Shown in pieces: positions 12,401-24,400 of a stretch of DNA of 64,000 nucleotides. The stretch is taken from NCBI GenBank assembly GCA_024137785.1, contig JAHRHZ010000069.1:27942132-28006131 (forward strand), written 5' to 3'. The notes below the pieces were generated by a model that did not search any database, was not told the origin of the DNA, and was given only the letters and a program-made list of their open reading frames with translations. The first letter of the stretch is position 1; each line of letters starts with the position of its first letter. A program made the translations under genes and the position numbers. Source of the DNA: Ginglymostoma cirratum. Taxonomy: Eukaryota.

Positions 12401-15400
12401 GCATTGGAGGCGGTCCAGGATAGACATGTCACCCAGGGAGTGGGAAGGGGAGTTAAAATGGTTTGTGACTGGAAGGTTGAGTACATGACAAATGACACTG
12501 AGTGCAGATGCTCTACAAAATAGTCCAAGTCTACACTTGGTCTCGCCAATGTAGAGGCAGCCTTTTGTCTAACAAAAAAGGTTTGCTTTGGACCTTGAAA
12601 CCTGAACAGCCTTGTTCATGCTACTGCATGTACAAAAAAAGTGGCCACTGAGCTCAAAGAGGTCCAGTTAGAAGCTAGCATTACATAGGAAAGACAACAT
12701 TCCATCATTGTTCTAGCCAAATGGTTTTCCCCTAGTTGGAGGGGTGGGGGTGTGGGGAGCAGCAGAAGGAAGAGATGAGATATTTAGGTGCAAAAGTCAA
12801 AAATCAATACCTGGAAGCCAAAAGCATGATTCAATGTCTGAAAGTTTGACCAATGCACCACTAATTAACCACCTCAATTGAATTGTTTAATAGTTATCTA
12901 AATGCATCTCATTCTTCAGATGTGATCCTCCCTTTAAAAAAAAAAAAAACTGTTTCTTACCACCCTCCCAATATTAGTTGAAGGAACTCAGCCCTAAGAT
13001 ATTAGGGCAAAAACAGGGATTATGGAGTAGAGAAGGAGCAGATTAAAAAAGTTTTTGTAGTTGCTCAGTGCATTTTAAGCTTTAGAAACTTGATTTGGAT
13101 AATGATTTGAAAGCAACTTCAGAAGTTTGTGCTACATAAAGATTTAAATCAAAAACTTCAACAGGAGTTACTGTCTACTTATTTGCCTGATGTGGCCATC
13201 ACCAGCCTTTATCCTTAGAGTAACTAGATAGAGGGGACAATTAAAAAGTAGTCATGTTATTAGGTGTGGGATTGTATTAGAACCTTGTACAGTCCAATAG
13301 TCTTAGCCACAATTATTTATATTAGCTTTATAATTCTAATTACAAACAAACAACTTTTTGCCACTGCAACAGTGGTGATTTGAGATAAAAGCCCCATGCT
13401 TGTTATAACAGATGTGATTTGATCTCTTTACTTTTATGATATGACAACATATTGGGAGTAGCACTTCAGATGTTCATGAGCATGAAATATCTCCCTAACC
13501 TACTTTGAAAGTAAGAACCTAAAGCATAGCAACAAGGAGCTGGAGTACCATTTGGCACCTCAAGCCTGCTTCCTCACTCGAGGGCAGCTAGATTGTGGCC
13601 TCAACCACACCATCTTTAAAACCCAAGACTCCCTTCAACTTGGAATTAGACTTGACTGAAGATATTCAGTGACTGACTCAACCTGCCATGTACACATCTA
13701 ACCAAAAAGGGAAGCCTTTTGTAAGAGTGCCTATTAGGTCTTGTTTCTCCCACAGATGTCAGGATGGCTGTTGAATGGACAAAATCCACTGCACCCCCAC
13801 CTCACTGTCTCAAAAAGATCAAGTCTTATTGTTACGATCCACTGGGGACAGGCTCATCCTGACCAACGTTCCCTTGAGATTTTCCCTTCAACCCAGTTAT
13901 CAGCCAAGGTACCTTCTCTGGATTATACATTAAAACCAGTCACCCTGTTCAACTGTAGCAAGCAAAAAACCATATTCCATCTGCCCTTCCAATGAGGGAA
14001 ATCTTTAGCCTTCCTTCGTGAAATTGCTGGCTGGACCTGTATACTACCTGGACGACAAAATTTGCACACTGGTCCACCCAGATTATTCTGCAATTTGAAG
14101 ACCCATACAGTCCCACCATTGACTAATCTCTTCCTCTTGGAGAGGAATGTAAGTAGCATTCATTTGCCAACATGAGATGTTAAAATGCTTTATTACAGCT
14201 AGAGGCTTTAAAACCAGTGTAAAAATCAGCATCCAACTCAGTTTGGCTGATTAAGAGGTACTTGCTGCAAATGTAGTGGCATTTAGCTTAAAAAGCTACT
14301 TACCTTCACCTACAAAGACAGAATACGGGCTCTTGGGTATTGGCGATTCAGCAAATACAATCTGAATAGAGTGTTGCCCTGCTTGCACAGGTTTGTAGCT
14401 GCACCGATAACTGTTGTTTCCCTTGTCTTCAATTATTATGTCAGTGTTGGTACTACCCTGAGGGTCCACGATCACCACTGAAACATTGCCAACTCCAGCA
14501 CCTTTTACAGAAAGGAAAACAGAAGTTCATCTACACAGCAAGTTTTCAATCTTCAAGCACTTAATTCCTTTAGTCGATTTCAAGAGGATCTCCAGACAGG
14601 CACTCAGACCAAGAACTTTGTTCTATAGCTGAACTTAGTTTGAGAGTTCAGTACAAGGGAAGAAGTTACTAGAGACCTGTCAAACTGAGTGAAGAAGTGT
14701 AGTAGTTAGAATATTGCTTTGCCAAAACATGTCCCTAAAATTTATCTGCAAGCTACCTTCTAGGGAATGTGCACCCTGGGAGTTTTGTTAAGTATTAGTT
14801 CAGAGAGCATGCTCCAAGTGACCTTAAGCTCAATTTCAATAAGAGTCAGAATATCCAAAACTTCTGGCAGTGAGCTATATGCCTTCTAGTCTAGCTATAC
14901 TTGCTTGATTACTTTATATATTCTCATGTAAAATTCCCACTTTACAATAAAGCAGCAGTATTTTGAAAATCCATTTGTATCTATGGGCACTTTCCTTCCT
15001 TTCCCAGCCAGATCCCAAAAAGTATACCTGCAGTATAGATATCAAAGTAGGTTGGCTTATTGGCAATGTTTCCTGTAGATTCCAAGCCAGGTCCTCGTGC
15101 AGTCACTTTGCTGGCATCACCTTGGGCCTTGTCAATGTTGACTTCAAAGGGACTCTTTGATATATGTTGTCCAGCAAATAAAACGATAATCTAGGGAGGA
15201 TAGAGAGACACCATTTCAGATGATTATCCATGTACTATCAGCCATTATAACATTACAGGCCCCAAACTAGTAAGGTATGGACTTATTTGCTAGGATTTTA
15301 AATTTCTTGAAGCACAGGTTCAGCTCCCCTCCAAATTACAAGCTACCACCACTCATTTGGACAAAGCTTCATTTTCTAGTCTTTACGTTTGAGGATTAAA

Positions 15401-18400
15401 AATATTTGGAGTTGTACAAGATGGACCTGAGACTTCCGAGCTATTTGCCACTAACACTAGCTACAAATTTCAGTTCTTCAGGGAAGTATCAAAGTAAGTG
15501 TCCCAACTTTAGAGATGGTAGAATGGGTTATGTAGGTGATGGCACCCTGGTTATTTCACAGAATGTGTAGAGTGCAAACAGAATGGCCTAACACCATTGA
15601 ATTAGATTTGCTGTTTTTTAATGTTTGCTCAAGAGCATAATTAGACTGCAGTAACAATAACCAGGCTTATGCACTTACCTTATGACGTCCTGCAACTTTT
15701 GGTACATAAACCACAGTGTAAGTCTTGTTCTTGTCATTATTATTGGTCACCTTTGCCTGGCAGAAAACAAAGGCAACATTAGAACCTTTGTTCTAACATC
15801 CCTGTTGAATAAAAAAGTCTGTTTATATCCACAAGTGAATTAAGGGAGATAGGAAGAAACTTGCAGATATTTTAAAAGTTGGTTAACTAAACATTTTGAA
15901 GAAAGTGATTCTTTAAGGACCAATAATTCCCTTGCTGCTTATTAATGCAAGGTCTTACAGACAGGTTGGCCACTTAGTTTTGGGCACAATATCTTGTCTA
16001 GTTTGGATGGGTGTAATGACACATTTTGCCTCCACTGGGAGGCATGAAACTAGACTTGAAGCATCTTTAAGAAGGCAACTCAAGTGCAGCACCCGATCCT
16101 TAGTGCTGAGACCTGCCACTCAACTCAGTCCACACTAACCTTCTGAAGTGCTATCCCACTCTCCTCAGAACCTCATTTCCCCATGGAAAGTCTACCTGGC
16201 CTGCATATCTATAGACATAAGACAATTTATCATGATCAACCCAACTAACCTGCACATCTTTGGACTGTGGGAGAAAACTGGAGCATACGAAACCTATGCA
16301 GGCATATAGAACAAACTATTGACCCAAGGGAGGAATCAAGCCTGGTTCCCTACCACTGAGGGACAGCAGGTGCTAACCACTCATTCAACTAAGGCCTGGA
16401 CAAAAAAAAGTTTTTGCAACAGCCATATGCTTGCATATAAATCAAATGGTTACAAAGAGTGTCCTTACAATCTGCAGTGACTGAAAGGCCATATTGCTGT
16501 AAACTGCAAGCACCAGTACACTTAAACCACAGGAGTGCCAATTTAGTACAGTGGTCAAGAGATATATACACACACAGGAGTTTTTTGGAAACTTAATGGA
16601 AAGCCTCTAAGGTTTCAGATGGTGCAACAGCTTCTTGAAGTTAATTCCAAACCACCTAAAATTGGATAAGTTCATGGTTAAACCTAAGTCTGAACCAAAA
16701 AAAAATTAAGGTTTTACTTAAGAACAAACTTTATATCTACATTCATATTTGAGACTGCTACAAGATCTGAGTCACTATTAAAACCATTTAGACCTAAGAG
16801 CCTATCAATAAACATCAGATCATTCAGAAGCCTGATGCTGAGGTTCTAAATTCCACTTTCACCAATAAATCTCATTTGGTACAGGGGAAAATGGTCAACA
16901 CTTAGAACCTAAAGCAATTTTAAAGCTATTACCTCCTCACGCTGATTTTCAGGATCCTCCACAAAGACCATCACCTCACCTTGCCCAGCACTGATTGTTT
17001 CAACAGTGAATGTAGCAGGGCGCATCACAACATTACCCACAGGCTCAATGCCTAGGAAAGAAAAAAAAAAAAAACATGCTTAAATGAAAATTAAAAAAGT
17101 TAGAACTTAAAATGTTGCAGTAGGCAAGTTCCTCACTTACACACTGCAACATTACAAATTGCTTTAAGAGCTCAGCAGGTCTGTCAGCATCTGATGAAAA
17201 AGTCAGTTAACATTTTGGGTTGACAGACTTCCTTCAGAAGTGTGGTTGAGGAGAGTCACTGGGCCCAAAACACTAACAGACTTTTCCAGCAATGTGTTTT
17301 TGTTCTCAAATTACAGCATCCGCAGCTTTCAGTTTTTAAAACTTATTTAGGCAATCTAAGCATGAGTTGGGGAGGGATTGCACTTGGATACATGGTTGGT
17401 CTAAAAAGATCAAATATAAACATGCACACCTACCTGGACCATAAGCCCTTGCTTTCTTGGGATTCAGCTTGGGCTTTAACGGAGCTCCAGGTTTAAGTTT
17501 GGCTTTAGGAAACTGGGACAAATATGTCATTACTGACCGTTCATCAACATTCTGATCTATGATTTCCTCTGGGGCAATCACCTGGATGACAGATGCTCAA
17601 AGTGAATAAAGTTAAAGCCAGCTCACTCCAGGGGAAGAAAGTGAATTGAATTTGTAGTAAAACCAACCTCATTAGCTCTTAATACATCTGATAAGTTACA
17701 ATGCAAAATTTGAGTATTGCAATTTATTCTTGAGAATGTATAACAAGACGTGAAATTGAGAAAAAAAAAAACTTTGCAAATTTAAACATTGGAGCCAAAA
17801 TACCACATCTTTGCCTCATGTTACAAAAGTTGGCTAGAGTAATTGTGAAATGGAAGACAAAGCTAAAGTGTGGTCTTTAAGAAATTTGTGCTTTGTCTGT
17901 ACTTGGCTTTTTTTCCTTTAAAATGCTGAGAGCAGCAGCTGAAGTTGCCAGTACCAAGCCTCAAAGTGAAACTGGTACATCAAAAACCTTACAGGTGACA
18001 GGCCAAAAAAAAAAGCAGTCTTGTTCTGATCTTTTGACCAGTTTTATTTTGGCCAATTAGAGTGAAATGGATTCAAGGCCAATTGAATTTAAGAACTGAT
18101 GGTGCTGACAACCTGAAACCAAAAGTCATGATTTGATTATGCCAAAAGGCATTTGGAAAAAACCAAGAGCTAACTGCCATCCAAAAGAGCCAATTGGCCA
18201 TGAGCATCATTCAGCACTGAGAGCTGATCTAAGGTACCATGGTATTTTAGCTCAAAGCCCTCAAAAGAAATTAGGAGATAATTCCACAGTCAGGGATGTC
18301 TTAACAGAAAAGGTGTTTGTGAAGAGACTGGAGATGACAATATTCCAGGAGACAGTGTGGGAATTTGCAGAGATTAAGTTATCAGTTATTGCTTATTAAA

Positions 18401-21400
18401 TGGGTTGATGAGAGCAGGACTTTTATTTAGAGTATTCCAGTAGAATTTAGACTAGTTAAGTAGCTAGTCCAAAGGGGTGTTTCAGTAATTTGGTACTTTG
18501 TTCATTGTTGGGTCAAATAAGTTGCTTTGTTACTTGTAACATGGAGATTTTTCTTTGAACCACTCAAATTAGAAGGGGGGGTGGGGAAGGGAGGACATGC
18601 TTGTGGGTCGTTTCAGTCGGGGGAGGGGGGGTGTCGTCATTAGAGGGGACCCTCTACTCTGGTCATAAAAAAAAGGAGAGATTGGGGCTCGTGTTTAAGT
18701 TCAGTTAGAGGGGTTTTCCCCATTCCCCCTCCATAAAAACACAAACTGAGGTGATACAACAGCCTAAATAGCTAGCTGCACATGCCCAAGGTAGAAATAT
18801 AGTCTTCACTTCAGCCTTCCAAAAAAGTAGACCTTAAAAAATTAACCTTAACTTCACATAGGAAGTTCTCAAGGCATACCAAAATAGGACATTACATTGT
18901 AGAGCATAGCTTTTCATATTTACCCAGGTTACAAGTTTTTTACCTGTGGAACTCCAAGCCAGTCATCTGCTTGTTGCATAGCTTCACGTGCATTATCCAC
19001 TGGTTTGGCTGCATCCCAGATCTCCCAGTCAGGGCACAAACCTGAGTCACATTAAAAGGCAGTGATATACTCCAATGTATGGTACAAATGCACTTTGGTA
19101 ATTATCAAAACATTTGATAAAAAGGGACCGAGATGAAGTGTTCCAAAAAGATAGCAAGCCCAGGATCTTGATAACACAGCCCAGAAGGTTCTTGAAGAGA
19201 TCTGTAGCTCAGATGTGAATGCTGTGGTTGGTTCATTAGCGCAGACTTTTCATTACGCTGCTGGGTAACATCGCTGCAAACTCTGATGAAGCACTGTTGT
19301 TTTCCTGCCTGGTATCTTTTGCACTTGGCTACCTCACTTTTCTTCAGAGTGCTATGTATAGGGTCTAATTCTGTGTTGATGGATGGTCTCCTTAGTGGTG
19401 AACCAGGCCTCTACAAGTTCCCATGGATGTCTGTTTGGCCTGTCCTAGGATCGGGATGTTGTCCCAATTGATCAGATAAAGGGAGAACCACCTGTTCAAT
19501 CGGAACCTCTGGCCTGTCCTAACGGACAAGCATGGGACTATGTACAGGCTTGGATTGCCACGAAGGCAGCCATCCATCACCACAGCTGTAGACTGACCCC
19601 ACACACCACTGCGAAGAACACAAGTGAGGTAACAAAGTCCAACAGAGACCAGGAGTTTAAATACCAGGCACAAAAACAGCACATCTGGAGGCTGCAGTGA
19701 TGTTGCCCAGCAGAGAAGTGAAACACCTGTAAACTAACAAACCAGCTTGGTGAGTGAACCAATCACATCCCTTAGACTAGGAGGAAACCCGAATGGCCCT
19801 CCCCATCCTCAGATCTTGGGAAATGATTTTAGAGTGGAAAAGTGTGCCAAAATTAGAACAGGGACACAATCCAAGAACAGCCCTTACCATGGGGTGAGGT
19901 AATACACAGAATCCGTATTGTTTAGGAAGAGGCCATTTGACCTAGTGAATCCACATTAACCCTTTAAAGAGCACCCCACCCTGAATTACCCTCTCTAGTT
20001 TTGCATTTACCCAGGCTCATCCTAAATTGGATTAGTTAATCTTAGCCTACACACCTGATTACAAGCAATTTAGCATGACCAAGCCAAACTTTTGTCTTGT
20101 GTACTATGGGAGGAAACTGGAGCACCTGGTGGAAACCCATGCAAACAGCAAAAACCATGCACACTCCACATACAGTTGCCCAGGGCTAGAACTGGACAGT
20201 ACTTGGCAGAGTTAGTGCTACTAACCACTGAGTCACTGTGCGAAATATCCATCTGAAAATAGGTTGATTAGTCCTAGCTTCAAAGCTGACACTGACATGC
20301 TCTTGACATTTACACTGGTTTGATTTTACATTAGGTGAAGGTGCCAGTCAACCTAAGTCCAGAGACTTTCCACTTTAGGGGGAAGGATGGGAAGTCAAGT
20401 TGCTATGCAGCTTTTCAGGATCACAAGAGTTGAGGCTCCAAACTAGTCGGAGGCCATCTGTTCCAGATTTCCAATGTGCACTTTAGTTGATGCCCAATGA
20501 TACTCACCTGGAGCACAGCTGTCAACCAGAGCACCCAAGGCTCTTCCATCTTTCCAGTCATTGCTGAAGTTGGTGATTGGCAAATCAGGCAGTTTATTCT
20601 GAATCCATCCCAATAGCCGCTGTTTGGGTGTCTGATTCTTGGCATCATCAGCTCCTTCATCATCCCAAACTGGCATGGAAATAGAGTAGTGAAGAATCAA
20701 AGTCCATATGAGCCCTAGAATGAGCTTCAGATTCCCATCTAAAATGGCTTTGCTGTCTGAAAAGCAAACAAAGTTAAAATTAAAGTCAAATAAAAAGATA
20801 ACAACTTGGGTCAACTTCATGAAGTTTTGTCAGAATATAAAAAGGTGCTTCTCCCACCCATTGGGTTTAAACTCATTCACATTCAAGTGGTGTGGAAGTA
20901 ACAGAAAATTGAAGTTAAGATAGACAGATAAATGCCATAGTAAAAAAGGGTGGCTTGACAGGGCATTATGTGCCAGCCATGTTGGAGTGGGGTTAATCAG
21001 TTCATTCGAGACATAGGCTTTAAAAACACTTCTCAATTTAAATTTTAGCAGTTAAAAATAGAATGCAGTGTTTAAAAAGTATGGTGAAATGTGAACTGAA
21101 ATCAGAATTAGTTACCAGTCTAGTAACAATCACAAAAATGTTAGACTTGTTCGACCTCTTCCATGAAATGATTTGGTATCATCCTCAATGCTGAACTATT
21201 TCCTCCATGGCACTCACCATAAACAGGTGGCCTAAGCTGCCTTTGACATTGCACATGCTAATGATGGAGTACAGTACATTTGTTAGAGAAACATTTCAAT
21301 GCACAAACACCATGCAGTTACAGCAGTTGACCCTGTTAATCTAATCATTTCCACACAAGTTCCTTCCTCAAATGAAGGATGACCAATCGTGCTCAATTAG

Positions 21401-24400
21401 GAAAAAAAAGTTTGTCACCTGGAGGCAAAAGCACAATTGCCAAATAACTCAATTGGAACATAACTTAACAGTACAGAATATTTGTCTGAAACTACTTTAT
21501 ACAGAAATTAGTAATCACTCAATTGTCACAAAATCTCTTTAAAATCCCATATCTTGTACAACCAATTGTAAGAAGTTCTTGGGGGATCAGCACAGGTTAA
21601 CAATGCTTTACAGAAAACTGCAAAGTGCCAGGCCAATTTAGACCATCAAAACAATGCAAGTTTTGAATAGTACTCATGCCAAGTTTGGAATGTGGCAATA
21701 GTTGTATCCAAAACCAACAGGTCTTCAGAACTGAGAGTGTAATAAGGTGTGGCTTTTATAGAGGTGTATATTTTAGCCTTGAGCAGAAAAAAGGTCCATC
21801 TGAGGCGACCTTTGAATTTAAGTTTCTGCATGCCTTGGTAATATTACTGAGATTCTCAAAAAAGAATCATGCCATCTTAAGGCCACTAAAGTTTGACAGC
21901 TGGAAACTTGGTCCTACTAATCCAAAAAAGGTTTAGTTCAAGGAATGCAGTATTTGCACACACTTGTAAACAATGTTCAATTCCTTAATATCATGTTATC
22001 TACTCCCAGTTGGTGTTTTATGGGGAGAACAGTATTGCCACATTAGGACAAAAATACTCAGTTGGGAGGCACACTAGTGGTCACAGTCAAATTCCGAAAT
22101 TTAGGAAACTGGAGTAAAGACCAAGAAGGTAGTGTTATACCTCAACCTGTGCTTAAGAAACCAAGCCCCACAATTCCCAAAGTCAAGTGTTAATTCTTTT
22201 TTAAAGAGGGACATGCAAAATTCCCCACTTTGACTTTTAAACCCAGGTGACAAACCAGAACATTTTGGGTAAAGGGCAAAAGATTAAGACAACTGTTCAG
22301 TGGTCCTTGGCTGTATGGTTAAACAGGTTTAGTGATGAGAAAAGACCAATGGTGTTCTACAGATACTCGTTTGGTTTGCTGAACAAACCAGGAAGTGAGC
22401 TGGATGGAGATGCTTAACCAGGTAAGCAAAAGCAAGGGAAACCACTTACCTTCGAGGGGTTTGTCAAAGTCACTCAATTGTTTAGTTACTGGGAGTCAGT
22501 TGACAGGAGGCCTTAGTCATCAGTAACTGACTGTTTGCAGACTAGTGACAAGAGCAGTTTGTAAACACCATGGGATTCCAGCTTGCCTACAAAACTAAGA
22601 TTCACTGCTGCTTGTTCAAGCAGCAATACAGATTACACTTAAATGGCTGTTAAGCCAGTAACCTAAACAAGTGTGACAATCACTTAGTGAGAATAAAAAA
22701 GGTACTGCAGATGCTGGAGGATCAGAGATAACAAGCATGGTGCTGGGTGAACACAGGCCAAGCAGCATCATAGGAGCAGGAAAACTTGATGTTTCAGGCC
22801 TAAACCGAAGGGTCTAGGCCCGAAACGTCAAGTTTTCCTGCTCCTATGATGCTGCTTGGCCTGCTGTGTTCATCCAGCCCCATGCTTGTTATCTCTTGAC
22901 AATCACTTCAGTTTTCATTTCAACCCACAAGTCAAAAGCTTACGGTCTACAGCTTTTAGACTGAATTCTGATAAAGGGAATGAGCTCCTCAAGGCAGTCA
23001 GTTTGCCAATTGTAGAGATCAGAGAGGGCATTAAGTCAGCAAACCAAAATTTGATTAGAATGCAAGTCTGCTTACAAAGAGACTGCCCTTCCTTTAAAAT
23101 GAAAGAAGTGTGCTACTGATCAGTGCCAGCACAGCAAATTGTTTCAGCATTAATGCATAGTAGCAGTTTCTCAAAGCATGTGCTGTGAAGTGGTTGAGGA
23201 AGGAGTTTCAGGTTACTGAAAAATCTGGTGCAAAGTGACATTTCAGAACCATGGATAGAAAGCTTATGGACTGGACAGCCAGTGGTACTTTTACAGAATC
23301 ATTTAAACCTACGCAAGTTTTAAATAAAATGGTGGAATCTCTCATCAAGAGGAAGGAGGCTTATGTAAAGATGAGATGTGAAGGCTCAGTTAGGGCACTT
23401 AATAGTTACAAGTTAGCTCTCTTTAGGTCCTTCCTGGCTAAGAAGAGCCAGGAGGGGACATGATCCTACCTGCCAAAGACCAAGGAAAACCCTAAAGCTT
23501 TCTATAGGTATGTTAGGAATAAAAGAAAGAATGACTAAAGATAGATAAGGGCCAGTCAAGGACAGTAGTGGGAAGTTGTGCGTGGAGTCCGAAGAGATAG
23601 GCGAGGCGCTAAATGAATATTTTTCGTCAGTATTCACACAGGAAAAAGACATTGCTGTCGAGGAGAATACTGAGATACAGGCTATTAGACTAGACGGGAT
23701 TGAGGTTCATAAGGAGGTGGTGTTAGCAATCCTGGAAAGTGTGAAAATAGATAAATCCCCTGGGTCGGATGAGATTTATCCTTGGATTCTCGGGAAAGCC
23801 AGGGAGGAGATTGCAGAGCCTTTGGCTTTGATCTTTGTGTCGTCATTGTCTACAGGAATAGTGCCAGAAGACTGGAGGATAGCAAATGTCCCCTTGTTCA
23901 AGAAGGGGAGTACAGACAACCCTGGTAATTATAGACCAGTGAGCCTTACTTCGGTTGTGGGTAAAGTGTTGGAAAGGATTATAAGAGAGAGGATTTATCA
24001 TCTAGAAAGGAATAATTTGATTAGGGATAGTCAACACTAATGGTTTTGTAAAGGGTAGGTCGTGCCTCACACACCTTATTGCGTTCTTTGAGAAGGTGAC
24101 CAAACAGGTGGGTGATGGTAAAGCAGTTGATGTGGTGCATATGGATTTCAGTAAAGCATTTGATAAGGTTCCCCACGGTAGGCTATTGCAGAAAATACAG
24201 AGGCATGGGATTGAGGGTGATTTAGTGGTTTGGATCAGAAATTGGCTAGCTGTAAGAAGACAGAGGGTGGTGGTTGATGGGAAATGTTCATCCTGGAGTT
24301 CAGTTACTGGTGGTGTACCGCAAGGATCTGTTTTGGGGCCACTGCTGTTTGTCATTTTTATAAGTGACCTGGATGAGGGCGTAGAAGGATGGGTTAGTAA

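Noticed and set aside
14502-15027. Intron 7 as a U12-type intron (donor GTATACTT, AAG acceptor)
   Set aside because: The donor differs from GTATCCTT at a critical position, no TCCTTAAC-like branch site precedes the acceptor, and a normal pyrimidine tract is present.
22686-22896. MITE or pre-miRNA
   Set aside because: The arms are Penelope terminal-repeat fragments that occur singly elsewhere and are linked to a GIY-YIG remnant at 12539-12553.
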